Below are positions 58,301-64,000 of a stretch of 64,000 nucleotides of DNA, piece after piece (the first letter of the stretch is position 1; every line of letters begins with the position of its first letter). This DNA is from Vampirovibrionales bacterium (GTDB taxonomy: Bacteria; Cyanobacteriota; Vampirovibrionia; Vampirovibrionales; Vampirovibrionaceae), in contig JADJRF010000005.1 in NCBI GenBank assembly GCA_016712355.1, forward strand, positions 2,255,819-2,319,818, in the 5' to 3' direction. The translations under genes were made by a program, and so were the position numbers. The notes beneath the pieces were generated by a model. It was not told the DNA's origin. It was given only the letters and a program-made list of their open reading frames with translations, and ran no database searches.

Positions 58301-60956
58301 CGCCTCCTCTGACCCCGATGGCGATATTACCCTCAATCATAACGTCACGGGCACTACTTCCCTCACCATTTCTGCCTCAGGTACTGGCGATATCACCCAA
58401 TCCGCAGGCGTCCTCAACGCCGGAACCCTTGCGCTGAGCGCGACTTCTGGCAACATCGGAACCGCAGGCAACGCCATCGATTCCAATGCCGCCGCAGCCT
58501 CCCTCAATACATCCGGCGACGCCTTCCTCTCTGAGGCCAATAACCTCACCATCAATGCCTCTGCCGTCGGCGGCACGCTTGAAATTTCCGCCGCTGGCGA
58601 TATCGCCACCGCTGGCGCCATTTCCGCCGATACCGCCTCCATCGCCTCCTCTGACCCCGATGGCGATATTACCCTCAATCATAACGTCACAGGCACCACG
58701 TCCCTCACCATTACCGCCTCAGGCACGGGCGATATCACCCAATCCGCAGGAACCATTACAGGCGGACTCCTCACCTTTAATACCAACGGCGGACTCGGTA
58801 CCGCTCTCGACAGGCTCGATATCAATGCCGCCACCCTCACGCTCAATACCACCGGCGACCTCTTCCTCAACGAATCCGATAACATTACCCTCAACGCCGC
58901 CACCGCCCTCCATACCCTCGACCTCGCCGCCGCTGGCAATATCACCCTGCAAGGCAACCTCAACGCCGCCGATACCCTCACCCTCAACTCCGCCACTGGC
59001 GATATCCACCTCGATAACGGAGCCGCGCTCACTCACCAGTCCTCCACCATCTCCTTTACCGCACATAACATCGATATCGCTCACGCCGGCACTCTCGTAC
59101 ACGCCATCGGCAACTCCGGCGGCGCTTCCTTCGACGACCACGGCGGAACCGCCGTCAACCCCGGCGATACCATTAACGCTCTCGGAGCAGGCGGCACCAT
59201 CACCATCGATGGCAACTTCGCCTCCGTCGGAACCCTACAGGCACAAGCCGGCGGCACCGTCTCCATCGACTACCAGAACTCTGACCTCGACCTCTCCAAC
59301 GTCACCATCAACGCTGGCGGCGGCGGCGGCGGTACTATCACCTTCCTCAACGACCTCCCCTCAGGCCCAGCCAATAACGGAACCCTCTCCGCCCTCGGCG
59401 ACTCCGTCAACGTCCTCATTTCCACCGCCAATAACCACAGCGTCTCCGGAACCGGACTCCTCATTAACGCCACCGGCGGCGTTCAGTTCCATATCGATAA
59501 CTCCCTCAACCTCTCAGGCAACTTCAACCAGGCCGAACTCTCCGGCTACGCCACCAATGGCAGCTTCTCACTCACCGATACCGCCTCCAATATCAACCTC
59601 AACTCCCTCTCCGCCGCTACCAACCTCTCCATCACCGCCGCCCTCGGACATATCGACGCCGCAAATACCCTCTCCGCCAGTAATATCTCACTCATCACTC
59701 AATCCAATGGCGATATCACTCTGCACGACAACCTCACCGCCACCAACAACCTCACCCTCACACTCGACGGAACCGGCGTCCTCACCCAATCCGCAGGCGT
59801 CCTCTCCGCGCAAACTCTCTCCCTCGATACCCATACCTCCGTCGGCTCCGCACTCGACAGGCTCGATACCAATATCTCCAACCTCTCCGCCACTATCCAG
59901 GGGCCCGCTCACCACCTCTTCCTCGCCGAAGCCAATAACCTCTCCATCAACGCTTCTTCCGCCTCCGGAACACTCGATATCACCGCCGCTGGCGATATTA
60001 CTACCGCCGGCGACATCTCCGCCGATGCCACAACCCTCGCCTCCTCTGACCCCGATGGCGATATCGCCCTCAATCATAACGTCACAGGCACTACTTCCCT
60101 CACCATCACCGCCTCAGGCACTGGCGATATTACCCAGTCCGCAGGCGTCCTCAACGCCGGAACCCTTGCGCTGAGCTCGACCTCCGGCGACATCGGAACC
60201 GCAGGCAACGCCATCGATTCCAATGCCACCGCAGCCTCTCTCAATACCTCAGGCGACGCCTTCCTCTCTGAGGCCAACAACCTCACCATCAATGCCTCTG
60301 CCGTCGGCGGCACTCTCCAGATCGCCGCCGCTGGCGATATCGCCACCGCTGGCGCCATCTCCGCCGACGCCGCCTCCATCGCCTCCTCTGACCCCGATGG
60401 CGATATTACCCTCAATCATAACGTCACAGGGACTACTTCCCTCACCATTACTGCCTCAGGCACTGGCGATATTACCCAGTCCGCAGGCGTACTCAACGCC
60501 GGAACACTCGCGCTGAGCGCGACCTCCGGCGACATCGGAACCGCAGGCAACGCCATCGATTCCAATGCCACCGCAGCTTCTCTCAATACCACAGGCGACG
60601 CCTTCCTCTCTGAAGCCAGTAACCTCACCCTCAATGCCTCTGCCGTCGGCGGCACGCTTGAAATTTCCGCCGCTGGCGATATTACCACCGCTGGCGCCAT
60701 CTCCGCCGACACCACGTCCCTCGCCTCCTCTGATCCCGCTGCCGATATTACCCTCTATCCTACCGTCACAGTGACTACGTCCCTCACCATTTCTGCCTCA
60801 GGCACTGGCTATATTTCCCGGTCCGCAGGCGTACTCAACGCCGGATCCCTCGCGCTGAGCGCCACCTTCCGGCAACATCGGAACCGCAGGCAACGCCATC
60901 GATTCCAATGCCGCCGCAGCCTCCCTCAATACATCCGGCGACGCCTTCCTCTCTGA
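46365..60956 (+). CDS. second giant TpsA/filamentous-haemagglutinin-like exoprotein (tpsA2); frame intact for 4863 codons, after which the same repeat protein continues in shifted frames to the window end
   Basis: The N-terminal TPS domain is paralogous to tpsA1 (LPTGWQVESGDVNFEVVNGNTLNITSQSQQAIVNYQSFHIAQGESVNFF...NPAGINFG...). It is followed by thousands of residues of Gly/Thr/Ala/Ser/Asn-rich beta-helix-type repeats. The apparent stop at 60954-60956 results from a +1 insertion near 60867. Confidence 0.85.
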   Translation: MGIARMPPPSENRIVRRAGNQHRYICLTAKGARTLQTHEDDLVGWIGRLFGVLNGGLTWGKALKRFVGALLLSMMIMQQVQALPTGWQVESGDVNFEVVNGNTLNITSQSQQAIVNYQSFHIAQGESVNFFLGNNFSSILNRILGGGTSSIMGNLSANTGTVILTNPAGINFGATANVNVGSLIASSLHLSSADYLANNWTFGRVDGMGPGAIQNSGNIAAQSGGFVVLSGGAVSNSGNIFAPDGAVKLAVGDRIRLSMSGQQAVEVTIDQSLLSAIEGLRDAIGNTGVIDAHTIELQAKLSEALYERTINNEGVMRTVSATREGASIKVLGYTDNQLAQIRNAGTLDVSANAVTTFDGGELTMEGDRVDNTGNLLARGADTGHGGRIHALGGQVAFHGTAIVDASGGTGGGEVLIGGDFQGQNPAIRNAQKTWVTRDVQIKADATQQGDGGKVIVWADQSTQYYGHISAQGGAQGGDGGLVEVSGKENLAFMGDVDTRAVNGAMGTVLLDPTDINIVDGAGADDAQLNDDQILAADAPATMNIGETKLESMAATSNVVLQANNNITVNNLTDNTLGLAATTGSITLTADADNSGAGTFSMADTADVIRTEGGNITISGASVTLGKLSTKGAAGDKTGGAISVSSRDALTASGTIDTGNGAISLNADSDGSGAGTLTVSANVTSGGGNVTLKGDQFDLNNALDAGSGSVSITASNNIRINVGNATDNGDGATLFDVSNPELNRITAASVTIGDTTTTNNQLYTMGDLDLSGSGAGKFALTLQNMNKINLQNNITLGGYNFTAYSSAGDVQLTSNKDITKTTGGDATLTFKAAGNIILNAAAGATSDLTSSSNKLNVIFNSDSDASGSGAIYLNYVNLTSNSGNVTFGGGADPTTTAARGNATYFNGVNISQSAFTLGAGNLGIRGQGYSIGTSGAHHGINIDGTTLSSTSGNMTLVGTGGTGNSSTGNRGILTSYLTLTTADGAISLTGTGGASAATENTGVEFNYGSFSASGSGGISITGTGTGSGNNAYGVAVKVVNTFQTNTGAISLSGTSNGTGANYNNGVSVDASTINTLGGNIAFTGTGSSTATGIENHGVFINASSVSTTGAGTLSLTGTGGKGTNDNHGVDIRQTSSVSTASGDLTIVGNGLASATGSWNLGVLLGYSSGISSQNGNINITATGGGSSGGGAGIDMWDLSTIQATGTGNISITGTATGSAADSYGIWLEGSSKVIAASGNITLTGTGGGANNDLRFESLSTGTGNVIGANTMTGNITLIGNSYTFSDFKFQNNGGTLTFKPRTASTSIGVAGGAGALSFTDASFFNFIDTATVSPGKIILGDKSLGSGAVNINAYNYSAKAYDIDIAGGSVTLAGALTTGANDAGLYALSGNLLLNNTISGTGNVLLQASGTINDDGATDRVSTSGLLTLNAGGNVGNTSTFNTSVGSLAINGTGAGSISITEANAITINASSATQAVSVIAGGNITTAGAITTTGNLTLQTTAGTLDAAGGNLTSSGDLSLSATGALTLDTAGTSRTHQAKNINLTGSSITVANSGTVVEATGSGSNTTLSYDDNAGTAGILPITPGDTISATGGAGGIINSTGDLANAGTLRALGKTGSVTVNYDSSNLNLNNVTITVTGSSGSINLSGDVSGSGNNGTLTQQTGGSTVTLNTTGGYGVSGSNVNITSSNIIFGVSGSANLSGNFHNGILSGSSGSSFSLTDTASDITTGALTAGSALSLSSITHLTAGGALTSTGALTLIADSDGNNTGSLTSNGVLTSNNNAITLKGAQADINASVNAGSSTVTLTAMSDKEIDVAGATDNADSGTIFDVSSAELGRITAATVTIGDTTTPNSDTILKGALDLSGSGAGKFNLQLLNKRDVIFDAATGITAGAHTVTLTANDDVTLNSGITTSNGAITLTADNDGSGAGALTISGNITSGNANVTLKGDQFDLNNALNAGSGSVSITASNNIRIDVGNATDNNDTATLFDVSNPELNRITAASVTIGDTTTTNNQLYAMGVLNMSGAGAGKFALTLQNMNKINLQNNITLGGYDFTAYSSANNVQLTAGRDITKSAGGDATLTLKAAGNVILDSTVGNYNTVSSSSNKLHVVINSDSDASGSGAVFLDYVDFTTNNGNITIGGGADPSLSAARGNATYYDGVYLNGSLDTGAGNISVRGQGFSQAGTDNHYGINLSAVISTTTGDVSLIGSGGTGRDNLFGIFGSLAASTQNGDITLTGTGGNGTGGNNKGIYLSGSLTTQDGIMTITGTSGIGLGGDEGIHLSGQTISSSTGNISLVGNSVGAGSGIVIQSSTISSADGLISMVGTGGSNNPSAAYVNGISIYNSAQVFTTGTGNITLTGTGGLGTFDGGGIWENNGVEFDGSAQVYTASGTLTITGTAIDGNSADIGMPFPSATSTIGANTMTGDIVMIGNSFDFTYGQIRNNGGNIIFKPRTASTTIGINGGAGALSFTNANFFNYIDTTTASPSKIILGDSAAGTGAVNIATGWDFSGKAYDIDVYGGSITGAGSITTGANNLGLYARTGGLTQNGAITSLGNLILQSNGLLDLNGNIQTTGGNLTLTANGGGNITLDDAGSARTHKGQNVTITATGGGTISMSNAGSLVQATGTGIGATYDDNGGTPYLPINPGDSIGAAVGGAGALTVDGNFSSVGTLRASSGSGDITINYSSSDLNLNNVTIDTATAANGSISILNDLPSGAGDNGTIDAQAGSSGGTVTLNITNGHNVSGTNTNITANNIVFNVAGNSTLSGNFHNGILSGSSGGSFSLTDTASSLNLNSLSAATNLSITAALGHIDAANTLSASNISLITQSNGDITLHDNLTATNNLTLTLDGTGVLTQSAGVLSAQTLSLDTHTSVGSALDRLDTNISNLSATIQGPAHHLFLAEANNLSINASSASGTLDITAAGDITTAGDISADATTLASSDPDGDIALNHNVTGTTSLTITASGTGDITQSAGVLNAGTLALSSTSGDIGTAGNAIDSNATAASLNTSGDAFLSEANNLTINASAVGGTLEISAAGDIATAGAISADATTLASSDPDGDITLNHNVTGTTSLTITASGTGDITQSAGVLNAGTLALSATSGDIGTAGNAIDSNATAASLNTTGDAFLSEASNLTLNASAVGGTLEISAAGDITTAGAISADATTLASSDPDGDISLNHNVTGTTSLTITASGTGDITQSAGVLNAGTLALSSTSGNIGTAGNAIDSNAAAASLNTSGDAFLSEANNLTINASAVGGTLEISAAGDITTAGAISADAASIASSDPDGDITLNHNVTGTTSLTITASGTGDITQSAGTITGGLLTFNSNGGLGTALDRLDINAATLTLNTAGDLFLNETDNITLNAATALHTLDLAAAGNITLQGNLNAADTLTLNSATGDIHLDNGAALTHQSSTISFTAHNIDIAHAGTLVHAIGNSGGASFDDHGGTAVNPGDTINALGAGGTITIDGNFASVGTLQAQAGGTVSIDYQNSDLDLSNVTINAGGGGGGTITFLNDLPSGPANNGTLSALGDSVNVLISTANNHSVSGTGLLINATGGVQFHIDNSLNLSGNFNQAELSGYATNGSFSLTDTASNLNLNSLSAATNLSITAALGHIDAANTLSASNISLITQSNGDITLHDNLTATNNLTLTLDGTGVLTQSAGVLSAQTLSLDTHTSVGSALDRLDTNISNLSATIQGPAHHLFLAEANNLSINASSASGTLDITAAGDITTAGDISADATTLASSDPDGDIALNHNVTGTTSLTITASGTGDITQSAGVLNAGTLALSSTSGDIGTAGNAIDSNATAASLNTTGDAFLSEANNLTINASAVGGTLQIAAAGDIATAGAISADAASIASSDPDGDITLNHNVTGTTSLTITASGTGDITQSAGVLNAGTLALSATSGDIGTAGNAIDSNATAASLNTTGDAFLSEASNLTLNASAVGGTLEISAAGDITTAGAISADTASIASSDPDGDITLNHNVTGTTSLTISASGTGDITQSAGVLNAGTLALSATSGNIGTAGNAIDSNAAAASLNTSGDAFLSEANNLTINASAVGGTLEISAAGDIATAGAISADTASIASSDPDGDITLNHNVTGTTSLTITASGTGDITQSAGTITGGLLTFNTNGGLGTALDRLDINAATLTLNTTGDLFLNESDNITLNAATALHTLDLAAAGNITLQGNLNAADTLTLNSATGDIHLDNGAALTHQSSTISFTAHNIDIAHAGTLVHAIGNSGGASFDDHGGTAVNPGDTINALGAGGTITIDGNFASVGTLQAQAGGTVSIDYQNSDLDLSNVTINAGGGGGGTITFLNDLPSGPANNGTLSALGDSVNVLISTANNHSVSGTGLLINATGGVQFHIDNSLNLSGNFNQAELSGYATNGSFSLTDTASNINLNSLSAATNLSITAALGHIDAANTLSASNISLITQSNGDITLHDNLTATNNLTLTLDGTGVLTQSAGVLSAQTLSLDTHTSVGSALDRLDTNISNLSATIQGPAHHLFLAEANNLSINASSASGTLDITAAGDITTAGDISADATTLASSDPDGDIALNHNVTGTTSLTITASGTGDITQSAGVLNAGTLALSSTSGDIGTAGNAIDSNATAASLNTSGDAFLSEANNLTINASAVGGTLQIAAAGDIATAGAISADAASIASSDPDGDITLNHNVTGTTSLTITASGTGDITQSAGVLNAGTLALSATSGDIGTAGNAIDSNATAASLNTTGDAFLSEASNLTLNASAVGGTLEISAAGDITTAGAISADTTSLASSDPAADITLYPTVTVTTSLTISASGTGYISRSAGVLNAGSLALSATFRQHRNRRQRHRFQCRRSLPQYIRRRLPL

Positions 60957-63900
60957 GGCCAATAACCTCACCATCAATGCCTCTGCCGTCGGCGGCACGC
61001 TTGAAATTTCCGCCGCTGGCGATATCGCCACCGCTGGCGCCATTTCCGCCGATGCCGCCTCCATCACCTCCTCTGACCCCGATGGCGATATTACCCTCAA
61101 TCATAACGTCACAGGGACCACTTCCCTCACCATTACCGCCTCAGGCACGGGCGATATCACCCAATCCGCAGGAACCATTACAGGCGGACTCCTCACCTTT
61201 AATTCCAACGGCGGACTCGGAACCGCTCTCGACAGGCTCGATATCAATGCCGCCACCCTCACGCTCAATACCACCGGCGACCTCTTCCTCAACGAATCCG
61301 ATAACATTACCCTCAACGCCGCCACCGCCCTCCATACCCTCGACCTCGCCGCCGCTGGCAATATCACCCTGCAAGGCAACCTCAACGCCGCCGATACCCT
61401 CACCCTCAACTCCGCCACTGGCGATATCCACCTCGATAACGGAGCCGCGCTCACTCACCAGTCCTCCACCATCTCCTTTACCGCACATAACATCGATATC
61501 GCTCACGCCGGCACTCTCGTACACGCCATCGGCAACTCCGGCGGCGCTTCCTTCGACGACCACGGCGGAACCGCCGTCAACCCCGGCGATACCATTAACG
61601 CTCTCGGAGCAGGCGGCACCATCACCATCGATGGCAACTTCGCCTCCGTCGGAACCCTACAGGCACAAGCCGGCGGCACCGTCTCCATCGACTACCAGAA
61701 CTCTGACCTCGACCTCTCCAACGTCACCATCAACGCTGGCGGCGGCGGCGGCGGTACTATCACCTTCCTCAACGACCTCCCCTCAGGCCCAGCCAATAAC
61801 GGAACCCTCTCCGCCCTCGGCGACTCCGTCAACGTCCTCATTTCCACCGCCAATAACCACAGCGTCTCCGGAACCGGACTCCTCATTAACGCCACCGGCG
61901 GCGTTCAGTTCCATATCGATAACTCCCTCAACCTCTCAGGCAACTTCAACCAGGCCGAACTCTCCGGCTACGCCACCAATGGCAGCTTCTCACTCACCGA
62001 TACCGCCTCCAATATCAACCTCAACTCCCTCTCCGCCGCTACCAACCTCTCCATCACCGCCGCCCTCGGACATATCGACGCCGCAAATACCCTCTCCGCC
62101 AGTAATATCTCACTCATCACTCAATCCAATGGCGATATCACTCTGCACGACAACCTCACCGCCACCAACAACCTCACCCTCACACTCGACGGAACCGGCG
62201 TCCTCACCCAATCCGCAGGCGTCCTCTCCGCGCAAACTCTCTCCCTCGATACCCATACCTCCGTCGGCTCCGCACTCGACAGGCTCGATACCAATATCTC
62301 CAACCTCTCCGCCACTATCCAGGGGCCCGCTCACCACCTCTTCCTCGCCGAAGCCAATAACCTCTCCATCAACGCTTCTTCCGCCTCCGGAACACTCGAT
62401 ATCACCGCCGCTGGCGATATTACTACCGCCGGCGACATCTCCGCCGATGCCACAACCCTCGCCTCCTCTGACCCCGATGGCGATATCGCCCTCAATCATA
62501 ACGTCACAGGGACTACTTCCCTCACCATTACTGCCTCAGGCACTGGCGATATTACCCAGTCCGCAGGCGTCCTCAACGCCGGAACCCTTGCGCTGAGCTC
62601 GACCTCCGGCGACATCGGAACCGCAGGCAACGCCATCGATTCCAATGCCACCGCAGCCTCCCTCAATACCACAGGCGACGCCTTCCTCTCTGAGGCCAAT
62701 AACCTCACCATCAATGCCTCTGCCGTCGGCGGCACTCTCCAGATCGCCGCCGCTGGCGATATCGCCACCGCTGGCGCCATTTCCGCCGACGCCGCCTCCA
62801 TCGCCTCCTCTGACCCCGATGGCGATATTACCCTCAATCATAACGTCACAGGGACTACTTCCCTCACCATTACTGCCTCAGGCACTGGCGATATTACCCA
62901 GTCCGCAGGCGTACTCAACGCCGGAACACTCGCGCTGAGCGCGACCTCCGGCGACATCGGAACCGACCCTCGCCTCCTCTGACCCCGATGGCGATATTAC
63001 CCTCAATCATAACGTCACAGGCACTACTTCCCTCACCATTACTGCCTCAGGCACTGGCGATATTACCCAGTCCGCAGGCGTCCTCAACGCCGGAACCCTT
63101 GCGCTTTCCTCCACCTCCGGCAACATCGGAACCGCAGGCAACGCCATCGATTCCAATGCCGCCGCAGCCTCCCTCAATACATCCGGCGACGCCTTCCTCT
63201 CTGAGGCCAATAACCTCACCATCAATGCCTCTGCCGTCGGCGGCACGCTTCAAGTCTCTGCCGCCGGCGATATCGCCACCGCTGGCGCCATTTCCGCCGA
63301 TGCCGCCTCCATCACCTCCTCTGACCCCGATGGCGATATTACCCTCAATCATAACGTCACAGGGACTACTTCCCTCACCATTACTGCCTCAGGCACTGGC
63401 GATATTACTCAATCCGCGGGAACCATTACAGGCGGACTCCTCACCTTTAACTCAAACGGCGGACTCGGAACCGCGCTCGACAGACTCGATATCAATGCCG
63501 CCACACTCACACTCAATACCACCGGCGACCTCTTCCTCAACGAAACCGATAACATTACCCTCAACGCCGCCACCGCCCTCCATACCCTCGACCTCGCCGC
63601 CGCTGGCAATATCACCCTGCAAGGCAACCTCAACGCCGCCGATACCCTCACCCTCAACTCCGCCACTGGCGATATCCACCTCGATAACGGAGCCGCGCTC
63701 ACTCACCAGTCCTCCACCATCTCCTTTACCGCACATAACATCGATATCGCTCACGCCGGCACTCTCGTACACGCCATCGGCAACTCCGGCGGCGCTTCCT
63801 TCGACGACCACGGCGGAACCGCCGTCAACCCCGGCGATACCATTAACGCTCTCGGAGCAGGCGGCACCATCACCATCGATGGCAACTTCGCCTCCGTCGG

Positions 63901-64000
63901 AACCCTACAGGCACAAGCCGGCGGCACCGTCTCCATCGACTACCAGAACTCTGACCTCGACCTCTCCAACGTCACCATCAACGCTGGCGGCGGCGGCGGC
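54690..64000 (+). repeat. 2421-bp (807-aa) super-repeat with at least 3.8 near-identical copies, each containing 4 x 342-bp (114-aa) sub-repeats; the array runs off the window
   Basis: Identical alternate-frame ORFs recur at 54846, 57267, 59688 and 62110. The spacings are 2421, 2421 and 2422 bp; the extra base is the frameshift. Within each unit, 342-bp sub-repeat ORFs are consecutive (55232, 55574, 55916; 57653, 57995, 58337 ...). The protein repeat is GDITQSAGVLNAGTLALSSTSGDIGTAGNAIDSNATAASLNTSGDAFLSEANNLTINASAVGGTLEISAAGDI.TAGAISADA..LASSDPDGDITLNHNVTGTTSLTITASGT. Confidence 0.9.
60700..64000 (+). pseudogene. 3' continuation of the tpsA2 repeat array carrying a substitution cluster with a +1 frameshift (about 60715-60870) and a roughly 170-bp intra-repeat deletion (about 62965) that creates a TGA at 62980-62982; either a disrupted gene or an assembly artefact
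   Basis: The canonical gcgacctccggcgacatcgg reads gccaccttccggcaacatcgg at 60861-60880, with an extra T. Preceding codons carry unusual substitutions (PDGD to PAAD, NHNVTGT to YPTVTVT). At 62961-62990, gacatcggaacc joins directly to gaccctcgcctcctctgaccccgatggc, skipping about 57 codons of the unit. After this the repeat continues in a third frame. Confidence 0.5.

Noticed and set aside
55381-62938. Long proline-rich ORFs in an alternate plus-strand frame of tpsA2 (for example 55723..57753 at 676 aa, 58486..60174, 60908..62596), plus many minus-strand ORFs across the repeat array
   Set aside because: These are out-of-frame or antisense readings of the repeat. The Gly/Thr/Ala/Asn-rich frame is contiguous with the TPS domain and shows beta-helix-type repeats. 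The Pro-rich translations are compositionally implausible and exist only because the repeat lacks stop codons in several frames.
54690-64000. Possibility that the very regular tandem repeats are a CRISPR array
   Set aside because: The periods are 342 and 2421 bp with no short direct repeat / unique spacer alternation. The whole region is one continuous protein-coding frame, and no cas genes are present.

Overview
This is a high-GC (roughly 60-65% by eye) bacterial chromosomal segment. Two paralogous giant two-partner-secretion (TpsA / filamentous-haemagglutinin-like) exoprotein genes occupy about 45% of the window. tpsA1 (2737..14070, minus strand, 3777 aa) carries about nine 78-aa tandem repeats. 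It is divergently paired with a ShlB/FhaC-type TpsB transporter gene (14248..16104) and is followed on the same strand by an HD-domain (RelA/SpoT-type hydrolase fold) gene. tpsA2 starts at 46365 on the plus strand and is still open at the window end, so it is more than 17.6 kb long. Its 3' part is a near-identical 2421-bp super-repeat with at least 3.8 copies, each copy containing four 342-bp sub-repeats. Inside this array the reading frame is broken twice, at about 60867 and about 62965, which means either pseudogene decay or repeat misassembly. Between the two giant genes lies ordinary housekeeping and regulatory content: gatB; a LuxR-type response regulator; a CHASE3 histidine kinase with a response regulator and a hybrid kinase; mlaE-mlaF; xerC-like recombinase; flgB-flgC; vsr; lpxB-lpxI; a MerR/coiled-coil protein; a GltP-like symporter; a TPR protein; a GGDEF cyclase; uvrC directly followed by a C5 DNA methyltransferase; metY-metX-metW; tRNA-Pro(GGG); a WecA-like GT4 transferase; glyA; and rpiB. 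No CRISPR array, integrase or transposase was seen. The phylum is not determinable from sequence alone; LpxI, the MlaE-MlaF pair without an adjacent MCE gene, and metXW suggest a Gram-negative non-enteric lineage.
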